Assembly (NCBI RefSeq): GCF_016433145.1
Contig: NC_058130.1
Coordinates: 187,702,416-187,766,415, forward strand
Direction: 5' to 3'
Origin: Gracilinanus agilis
Lineage: Eukaryota
Length of the DNA: 64,000 nt
Shown: piece after piece, positions 42,712 through 52,359 of the stretch
Layout of the letters: every line of letters begins with the position of its first letter
How positions within the stretch are numbered: position 1 is the first letter of the stretch
Made by a program: the position numbers and the translations under genes
Notes under the pieces: model-generated
Database searches by the model: none
Seen by the model: the letters and a program-made list of their open reading frames with translations, nothing else
What the model was told of the DNA's origin: nothing

Positions 42712-43365
42712 CTATCAAGGGAAGGCAAATGTCACTGTTGGATGGCAGCTACAAGCATGATTTCTAACAAAGATGGAAAACAAAAATATTCTACAACCCA
42801 CTGGAGCCCTAGTAATGGCTCTCATTGCTTACTGTAGGCTGGTTTTCTTTCCCAACACCCTTCCCATTCCATATCACACAACACAGAGCCCATAAATGCA
42901 GCACACATTTCAGCAGTAGTTGATGCTTTACAAAATTATTTCCTCATAGCCTATGAGTAAGGAAGCATAAGTAGCATCACCTCCACTTTTCATATGAGAA
43001 AGTTTTATGAGTTGCATTAGGTCTGAGCCTTCTGATTTCACATCTGAAGTGGATGACTCTATGCTATGTTGACTCGACATCATGCAACTAAGAATGCTAG
43101 TACTTTCACAAATTTGGAATTAATGAATCAAAACAACTTTGACTGAAGTTGATTATAATTAAACTATTTCTAAAGTTCTTCTCTAAGAATACCAAGCATG
43201 TAAAAATTGGTTGCAAGAGGCATGTTGAGCCCACCTAAGAGAATAAGCTCTTTCCTTGGGATTTAGAGTATTATGTTTATGCAAATGACAGTGCAAATGA
43301 TCATATGGTCTCATCTTCTCAAAACCTAGTCGTGCAAGAAATCAGTTTGAAAATACTTGATTAGG

Positions 43366-43520
43366 GTCAAATAGGTGAACTTCCTAACTGTGTGACTCTG
43401 GGCAGGCTACTTAGCTCCCTTTGCCTAGCCCTTACTGCTCTTCTGCCTTGGAACCGATACATAGTATTTATTCTAAAATTGGAAGGTAAGGATTTTTATT
43501 AAAAAAAAGAAAAAAAAAGA
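43366..43520 (+). mobile_element. 5'-degraded SINE1-family element
   Basis: ctgtgtgactctgggcagg...gccttggaaccgatacatagtatt...ggaaggtaagg then A tail; TSD-like gaaaatactt on both sides. Confidence 0.8.
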
Positions 43521-43874
43521 AAATACTTAAATTAGTGAGTAGCAAGTAATATATTACTTAGAAGGCATAAAATGGATCTTTTCTCCAAAAGTAGTATTTC
43601 AAACTATCCACTAATAATAATTTACTTTTCCCAAAATCATTTAAATAAAAACTATTTTAGTAAGAAAAAAGAGAAGAAAATGTGTCTTCATTACTCTTCT
43701 ATTCCTACTCTAAAAAGTACTTCTTGTAGCAGCAAATGTTTAAAAACAGAGTTTAAGTACATCCGAGCAAATGACTAAAATTGTACGTTTTGAACTTGTT
43801 TTTTTTCTCCAGAAAGCAATTAATGACAGATGAATAAATAATGTAAGTAGTGACTATCCACAAGGATAATCTTT

Positions 43875-44063
43875 TTTTTTTTTTATTTTAAACCCTTAAC
43901 TTCTGTGTATTGGCTCCTAGGTGGAAGAGTGGTAAGGGTGGGCAATGGGGGTCAAGTGACTTGCCCAGGGTCACACAGGTGGGAAGTGTCTGAGGCCGGA
44001 TTTGAACCTAGGACCTCCTGTCTCTAGGCCTGGCTCTCAATCCACTGAGCTACCTAACTGCCC
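43875..44063 (-). mobile_element. Young SINE1 (short-tail variant)
   Basis: Full copy; 14-bp TSD caaggataatcttt at 43861-43874 and 44064-44077. Confidence 0.95.
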
Positions 44064-44994
44064 CAAGGATAATCTTTCTAAAGAGAAAAGAAGCCTTTCT
44101 ATGATGTGGGGAAGGGAGAGAGTGGCTGAGACACTTGTAAACAAGTTCTATTAATGATAAACCAAATTAAAATTTAAAAAAAGAGAGAAGTACCTAAGTC
44201 CATCTCATCTCTTTGCTGTGTTGTGCCAGCACTGGCCATGCAAACTATTACCTTCCATAGCAAGATGACACTCTATCCCTTATTAATACTTAAGGGCAAG
44301 TAGCCATAAGTTCAGTTATTAAATAAGGAAATCTAGCATTTATTATCATCGAACATGAAAATATTCAACATTATTTTCAACCATCCTAATATCACTCATT
44401 TTATTGCTTGTGTCATGCCAGAAAGGAAACAAAATGATTTTCTCTAGAAGACAGAACTTCTAAAATCATGTCCTCAACACAGGAGCTCTATTCTGTCATC
44501 CCTTTTCTCCAACAGATTGTGTATAAGGCACAATCATTTTGCAAAGTCTCATATAGCATGTGAAGTTCTGTTATGTATCACATGTCCAAGAGCAGTGACT
44601 AATTTTGAGAAGAGATAACATCTGCATTCTTGTTACATGCTAACTTGGCTCACTCTCTAGTTGTTAAGCCAGAGCTGTTCTTTGGCATTTGGGGGCATGG
44701 CTAGGCTCTTTATAAATTAATGTAGACTCTGTGGGTTCTAATATATAGCATTGTTTCTCATACCAGCTCATATTCATAATTTCTCACACGTTACTTTTAT
44801 CCTTTTTCCTATGGATAGACTTTGGTGAGGAAATAACCTTTACTGCTGAAATGTTTTTTTTTGTATATAGCTATATAAACAAGAAAAATAAAATATTTCA
44901 CGTGTTGCCATTTTCAATTCACATTATTTTAATGTAAAAAAATTTCATAAATTTTTAAATAAAAAAAGCATAAAGTTTTCATATCGTGAATGCA

Positions 44995-45201
44995 ATAACA
45001 ACAATAGCTAGCTAGCATTTAGATAATGTTGTATGGTTTCCAAAGCACTTTCCAAATACAATTTCATGTAATCCTCATAACAAACCTTAGAAGCAAGTGC
45101 TATTATTATCCCAATTTTATAGATAAGTAAACTTAGGCAGAGGCCAAGAGATGCTGTAGGTAATGTATGAGGCTCAATTTGAATTCAAGTCTAATTCCTG
45201 A
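44995..45201 (-). mobile_element. MIR SINE (host of nested insertions; resumes at ~45656-45690)
   Basis: aatagctagc...tcctcataacaaacc...tattattatcccaattttatagata...tttgaattcaagtct; continues after the inserts as tctagagggtccagctctctatcc. Confidence 0.7.
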
Positions 45202-45434
45202 CAGCTAGATGGTTCAGGGATAGAGTGCTGGGCCCGGAGTCATGAAGACCTGAGATCAAATTTAGTCTCAGATACTTATTAGCTATGTTACCCTGGCAAG
45301 TCATTTAACCTCTGTTTTAATACTGAAGAAAGGAATGGTAAACCACTCCAGTATCTTTGCCCACAAAACCCTATGGACAGTATGGTCCAGGGGGCCATGA
45401 AAAGTCAGACAGGACTAAATGACTGAACAACAAC
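45202..45434 (+). mobile_element. Mar1-type SINE nested in MIR
   Basis: cagctagatggttcagggatagagtgctggg head; tail ggtaaaccactccagtatctttgcc...aaatgactgaacaacaac. TSD-like ttcctga / ttcctaa. Confidence 0.82.
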
Positions 45435-45448
45435 TTCCTAATCTAGAG

Positions 45449-45655
45449 CAGGGGTCGGCAACGTATGGCTCTTGAGCCATATCTGGCTCTTTTGAAGGCC
45501 AAATATGGCTCTTTCTGCAGGAGCCATTAAGTCAATTTTTTTTCAGGCGCTGTTACAGGAGCGGCACTATGAGTACTGTATGGCTCCCATGAAATTACAT
45601 TTTAAAAAAATGTGATGTTTATGGCTCTCACAGCCAAAAAGGTTGCCAACTCCTG
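45449..45655 (+). mobile_element. 207-bp hAT (Charlie-group) MITE
   Basis: 14-bp TIRs CAGGGGTCGGCAAC and GTTGCCAACTCCTG (2 mismatches); 8-bp TSD atctagag (45441-45448) / gtctagag (45656-45663); repeated subterminal TGGCTC/GAGCCA motifs. Confidence 0.9.
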
Positions 45656-45742
45656 GTCTAGAGGGTCCAGCTCTCTATCCTCACCATACCACCCACCCGC
45701 TTCCATTCAAGTAAATATTAGAAAGGCTGGAGAAAGTCTTAC

Positions 45743-45796
45743 CTCCCCATCTGGTCCCAGGCCAGACTCCATTCCTTCTGCATTCTCTTCTGCCTT
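45743..45796 (-). CDS. SMARCA2: SMARCA2 exon 10 (54 nt): KAEENAEGMESGLGPDGE
   Basis: Acceptor tttattgcAG|AAG, donor GAG|GTaaga, 18 codons. Resembles human KAEENAEGGESALGPDGE as recalled. Confidence 0.95.
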
Positions 45797-47464
45797 CTGC
45801 AATAAAGTCAATTCAAATGTCATGTTCCAAACAGCAAAAAAGAAGAGAGATTTAATGATAGCTAATTGTTTTTCAGTATTTCATTACTACTGATCCCTTA
45901 ACAAAGGTATATGTTTTAAAATGTGAGCCATGCCTCCTAGAGGTATAAAACATAAAAGAATATATTAGCCAACTGTACAAAGTCAAATAAAACTAGCAAG
46001 CAAGGAAGAATCTGACTGTTGATTATATCTATAAATCATCAATCTAGACTCTCATTGGCAAAGCCGTGGCATGCATGTGTAGCCAGTACTCCAGGAGCTG
46101 TTCCATTTCTACTCTTACCAGCACCAAGGGACATTTTTTGCACGCCCCACCACTCTGTGTGGCCGCCCAAAGCAAGTACTTTCTCCCTCAATTCTCTTCA
46201 GGAATTGGAGGCTCACTTTTTTTTGAATTTTCCCTCTGGGCACTCAAACTGCTGTGGAAAAGGTTCACCAACTGGGATCTAGACTTTATGACTTTCCCGG
46301 GGTTTTGCACTTGTTGATCTGAATGAATGACTGAAATTGTACATTTTGAACTTGGTATCATGGAGCCTTTGCTTAGATTTGTAACTATTAGATCTGCCTC
46401 CCTCCCACCCTGCAATAAGCATCATATCTCAAATTCAATACAGAAGTTTATATCATTTCCTGAGTCCTAAAGGGCATCAGGCAAAGCACATGTCGAGCAA
46501 ACTTGGTCTCTTGTAGGTTGTGAAATCTAGTAAAATGTAAAATAATATCACTTGTTAGAATACTTTCCTTTACTGTGTTATATGTGCTTTACATAACTCT
46601 ACCAAAGAAAAGCCTCTAGTGAGATTTTAGGTAGCCAGTCAATCCATGAAAAAAGCCAAGCTCTCCTATTGCTTGAGCATTTCTATAATAATATCACTTC
46701 AGATATTACATGCATATGGAACAAAAAAGGAAAGTTGGCATTTCTGTATCTATGGTAATCTGATCCCTGATATGCCAAACACAGATTAAATGGGGCTTTC
46801 ACATAGAATCAACAACTTGACAAGTAAGTGTTACTATGTCTTTACCACAGGAAATCCACACTACTCCTTTATAATGAAATGAAAAACCTATCTCCATTTG
46901 CTTTATCAGATAGCTTTTAATGAGACCTTTCTCTTCTGAGGGCTTTTGCTGATGAAAAATATATAAAATGATACAGAAGCAACATTTAATTGGCTTGTTT
47001 GCCTTGGCAACTCCTTTTGTGATACATTTTTACCTAACAAGAAAATGATTTGTCTCTTGACAAAACAACTTTCCTTGAGTAAAACCCTCCCCCCGAAAGC
47101 ATTTAAATTATCTCTTGATTTTTTTTATGGACATATGGTTATCACATTCTTGGACCACATTGATTTACAAATGTATGAAATGGCTACTTCCAAACTGTAA
47201 CATCATCTCTCCATACTTTATACAGTTACACAATTTTATATTTACTGAGGAAAGTTATACAAACTTAAAAACAAAGCAAGAAAAATAACCACCCAGAACT
47301 TCCAAACAAACAAACAAAAAAACCAACAACAACATTCCTATTGATAAGATTATCTCTTTGGGCAACCTCCCAAAGGGGGAAAAATATTTCTAGGTAGTTT
47401 AGTTTTTGTTAATTTGTACTGGTAGCAATTAGGTTCTCTGCACTATTAAAAAAAGGGACCAGAG

Positions 47465-47666
47465 GGGGCAGCTGGGTAGCTCAGTGGATTGAGAGCCAGG
47501 CCTAGAGATGGGAGGTCCTAGGTTCAAATCTGGCCTCAGACACTTCCCAGCTGTGTGACCCTGGGCAAGTCACTTGACCCCCATTGCCTACCCTTACCAC
47601 TCTTCTGCCTTGGAGCCAATACACAGTATTGACTCCACGACGGAAGATAAGGGTTTAAAAAAAAAA
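47465..47666 (+). mobile_element. Young full-length SINE1 (long-tail form)
   Basis: Canonical sequence including gccttggagccaatacacagtattgactcc...ggaagataagggttt; TSD-like aaaaaagggaccagag / aaaaaaggggatcagag. Confidence 0.95.
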
Positions 47667-48068
47667 GGGGATCAGAGAATTTAAAGTTGGAATAATGACA
47701 ATATTTATAAACATAAAGACAGAAATCACTCAGAGAAAATCTAAATCCAATTCCCCATTTTATAGATGAAGAAACCGTAAGTCTTAAGTGACTTGCCTAT
47801 GATCACAGACAATGAGTATTTAGAACAAGCTTTCAAATCCATGTTCTGTACTCCTTCCATTTGAATCTCATGTTCCTTCCATTTTACCACATATATGCTT
47901 ATGTACTTTTTTTCTTGCTATGTGGGTTTTGGAATTCATCTTAAAATCAAATCCATACATTGAGAAATGTCATCTCTCCTAAGGTATGTCAAGTTATATA
48001 TTTTATTTGAACACACAAAAATCACAGGATATAAAATCAGAATGGACAACAGAAATCATCTACAACAC

Positions 48069-48261
48069 CAGTGGTATTAAAACTCAAAAACAGAGGTCAT
48101 TAACTCATACATAAATCTGTAAACTACACACTAACTTAGAAAAATCACATATTAACATTATCTATATTCTACAGAATTTGTATGTATTTTGTGAACTATT
48201 TCCCAAATTCATTTCAATCTCGTCTGTCATACAAATGAGTGTTATATGTTTGATGCCTCTG
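48069..48261 (+). mobile_element. Old hAT-type MITE inserted in a MIR3-like remnant
   Basis: Ends cagtggtattaaaac and gtttgatgcctctg form degenerate TIRs; internal ttagaaaaatcacatattaacattatctat. TSD not resolved. Confidence 0.55.
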
Positions 48262-48310
48262 AACTAGTCCAACCTACTAAAGGTTTTTTTTAAAAATTCT
48301 TATTTAACTT

Positions 48311-48500
48311 TAATTTTTTTTTTAAAACCCTTAACTTCGGTGTATTGTCTCATAGGTGGAAGAGTGGTAAGGGTGGGCAATGGGGGTCAAGTGACTTGCC
48401 CAGGGTCACACAGCTGGGAAGTGGCTGAGGCCGGGTTTGAACCTAGGACCTCCTGTCTCTAGGCCTGACTCTCACTCCACTGAGCTACCCAGCTGCCCCC
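48311..48500 (-). mobile_element. Young SINE1 (short-tail variant)
   Basis: Full reverse-complement copy ending ...ccactgagctacccagctgccccc. Confidence 0.93.
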
Positions 48501-48519
48501 CTTTTCTATTAATTCATAT

Positions 48520-49130
48520 AGGTCTTGCCATGTTTTTCTGAAACCACCTACCTCATCACTTTCCATAGCATAATAGAACTTCATTATAATCATATGTCAT
48601 AACTTGTTCATCCATTTTCCAAATGATGATCATACCTTCAATTTCCAAATCTTTGCCACTACAAAAAGCACTGCTATAAGTAAATATAGGTCATTTTCCT
48701 TTGATTTCTTTGGGATAAAGACCTAGGAGTGATATTGCTGGATCAAAGGGTATGCACAGTTTTATACCTCAATAAGCATAGTTTCAAATGGTTCTTCAGA
48801 ATGGTTGGACCAGTTTACTATTCCACCAAAAGTTTAATAGTGTACTTATTTTTTTCTCTCATCTTCTCTATTATTTATCATTCCTGATAGGTGTGAGGTG
48901 TACTTTAGAGTTTTAATTTACCTTTCTCTAATCAGTAGTGATTTAGAGCATTTTTCCTATAGATAGCTTTGATTTCTTCATCTGAAAACTGCCTGTTTAT
49001 ATCCTTAGACCACCTGTCAATTAGTGAATTGCTCTTATTTTTATCAATCTGATATTTTTAGTTCCGTATTCAGCATTTATTTGAGAAATGAGGCCTTTAT
49101 CAGAAAAACTTGTAATAATTTTTATATTAC
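48520..49130 (-). mobile_element. Old L1 fragment (ORF2 C-terminal / 3' region)
   Basis: Reverse-strand L1 text: attgctggatcaaagggtatgcacagtttt; cagaatggttggaccagtttac; tttctctaatcagtagtgatttagagcatttt; ctgaaaactgcctgtttatatcctt. Confidence 0.75.
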
Positions 49131-49321
49131 TTCATTGTTTATGCTATCTTTTAGCAAGATTTAACTTTCCTAATTATCTTGTTTAATTAGGTCTATTATT
49201 TCATTTATTTTGAGATCATGATTACTACTCCTTCCTTAAAAAAATTTGGCTGAAGCACATTAGATTCTGCTCCAGCCCTTCATTTTGACTTTATGTGTGG
49301 ACTTTACATGTGTTTATGTTT

Positions 49322-49325
<4 letters not shown>

Positions 49326-49401
<76 letters not shown>

Positions 49402-49742
49402 NNNNNNNNNNNNNNNNNNNNNNNNNNNNNNNNNNNNNNNNNNNNNNNNNNNNNNNNNNNNNNNNNNNNNNNNNNNNNNNNNNNNNNNNNNNNNNNNNNN
49501 NNNNNNNNNNNNNNNNNNNNNNNNNNNNNNNNNNNNNNNNNNNNNNNNNNNNNNNNNNNNNNNNNNNNNNNNNNNNNNNNNNNNNNNNNNNNNNNNNNNN
49601 NNNNNNNNNNNNNNNNNNNNNNNNNNNNNNNNNNNNNNNNNNNNNNNNNNNNNNNNNNNNNNNNNNNNNNNNNNNNNNNNNNNNNNNNNNNNNNNNNNNN
49701 NNNNNNNNNNNNNNNNNNNNNNNNNNNNNNNNNNNNNNNNNN

Positions 49743-49811
<69 letters not shown>

Positions 49812-49821
49812 TCTCTCTCTC
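49326..49821. repeat. (CT)n microsatellite spanning an assembly gap
   Basis: About 76 bp of CT repeat left and 79 bp right of the N run. Confidence 0.95.
49402..49742. other. Assembly gap (341 N) in intron 9
   Basis: N run. Confidence 1.
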
Positions 49822-52019
49822 AACTAAACCTTTAATGGAACATGAACAAATTATAAGTACACATCTGGATTATCTACCTTCTTCCCAGATTACAGTATTA
49901 ATGACACAATATTCAGTAGTTTTTAAAAAATTCCACCCAGCATGTTTAATGCTATCTAGCAAATATAAGCAAAAGTAGAATGTGAGGCTTTTTGTGAAAA
50001 GAATGCATTCCAGAGAACAGGTTGAGATGAAATCTATTCTTAAAAAATATACCCATTATGATGCTGAAATACATAAAATGCTTATGAACTGTAAATTCAT
50101 ATGGACAACAAATTTCCAAGACAAGTATGGCAGTCACTTGTTGTCATGTATTTTGGTGGTTGACTTTAAAGGGAAAACAAGCTTTATTTTTGGCATAAGA
50201 AAGCAGAAACTAATAGGTAGTAAACTGATGAGTATGTAGAAAATATACAAGCATACAATAGCAAGAGGTTAGAAAATGGAATACATTGGAAAAGATTTAT
50301 TAGTCTGTACAAGTTAGTTTTGATAAACCACTGCTACTTGTTACAGTAAATTCAAGATTTTCATTGCAACAGTATTTCCCTGCATATCAGGATCTAGAAG
50401 CTATATAAAGCCTTTTCTGAAACTCACTTCATGCTTTCTCCCTGACCTCCAATATATAGAAACAAGGTTTAGAATATCAACTAGCCATTTAAAGCAATCA
50501 TGTGATACATATCTTCATAACATCAAACAAGCAACAGTTGAGATACTTGGACAAACACTACCAACATTTAAGAAAAAGTGTTGGTTTTAAAATGTACTAA
50601 GTACTATTTTGAACAAGTCATAATGAACACACTAATTTCATATCCCTCTGGAACAAAGTAGGGGTGAGGTGGGGAATTTGACTGTCACTTTCAGAGGCTG
50701 CATAACAAAACCTGCAACGAAAAGTGTCATGAATCTAATATCTATCACAGGAGTAAAACTCCAGTGAAGCATCTGAGTTATTCATTGAAGTGAATTAAAA
50801 AGCAGGTCTCAATTGTGTTGTTTCATTGCTAGTTCAGAAGCATCATCAGACAAATACAGGTGACTTTTTTTTGCTAAGTACTTGAAAAAAATCTATAATA
50901 GCTTCCTTGAAAAACTGTAAGAACATGCTGTTAAACCTGCAAAGGAATTCATCAGGAATAGATCTGTTATACTTATAGCTCCCAGAGTTTCTAGGAGTTA
51001 TGCAAAACAATACAATAATCACACAAAATTAACCAAAAGGAGGCCAAAATGCAGAGAGACAGCTTCACAACAGATATTTGTTGGATGAATTAAAAAAATA
51101 TATGATGAATGTAGGTCATAAAATCGAGTGCACTTAGTAATGCATACCTATTTCATAGTACATAAAAGACTGAAGGTTGCAATTTGTGCAGGCTTTTCAT
51201 AAACATTTTACCTGGGAAAGATGATGAGTGTTTTCTTATAAATGTTCATTGCTATGATACAAAACAAATATGTGCAAATTGCAAGGTTCCAAAAAAATAG
51301 CAGTTAAGGAGTTTATATATAGAAAGTGACACTATGTGATCAAAAAAGCAAAAGATAGACCTTCCCAGAGTTTATAATATAGAACAATATCCTCTACAAG
51401 CTCTTCCATGTCTTTCTTCCCTGTGTGATTGCCTTACTCCTTTACTTTGGTTTTTGGTCTCTCATAGTCCAGGGCTTGAATGATCTTTCCAACAAGTTCT
51501 TCAAAGGCACACCCTTTACGCACCATCACAGGTTTTTGCACTAGTCTTTATAAACAACATGGAATGCTTTCATACAAATTTTAGCCCTTCGTTTTCCTTA
51601 TCCATTTTTTTTCAACTAACACTTTTACTATGTCATTTCTGGGGGAGTATGTTTCTAATTCACTTAACCAATTATCCAGTTTAACAAAAGTATCTCTTCT
51701 TGTGACATCATAAACTAATATAACACCTAGAGCACCTTGGTAATACTCCTGACCCACAGGATCCCGTATTGCAAGTTTAGCTTTATTTCATCAATTGATA
51801 TAGTCTTCATCTTGAAGTCAACACCAGTTGTTGCTGCAAGCTCTGGATCAAAGGTATCATCTGTGAATCCCAATAGAAGGCTGGATTTGCCCACCCTCCC
51901 TCTCCCCAGTGATCAGGATCTTTAGGGTGGTCAGTACTTCCTCATTCATTCTGGTAGTAGCTCCTGAACCAGCTGGCCTCCTCACTCCAGTGGCCTCCCC
52001 TTCACCATGGGGGAGTGGC

Positions 52020-52323
52020 CTGTGCATGTGCCAAGTATGTCTCTTTTAAACAAAATATTGTTGGATTCTTGTTTCTGATCCATTCTGTTATCTGCTTCCA
52101 TTTTATGGGTGAGCTCATCCTATTCACATTCACATTTATGATTACTATGTATTTCTGTCCATCCCATTTTCTTCTGTTTCTTCTTTTTTCTCTCCTTTTT
52201 TCCTACCCCTCTTCAAAAGTTATTTTGCTACTTACCATCTGACCTCCCTTTTATCATTCCTTTTTCTTGTCCCCTTCCTCTCCTAAATCCCTCCTAGATG
52301 AGTTAAATTTCTCACACATGAGT

Positions 52324-52359
<36 letters not shown>

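Noticed and set aside
49285-49978. Long SL/RE-repeat ORFs
   Set aside because: Artefacts of the (CT)n repeat plus the N gap.
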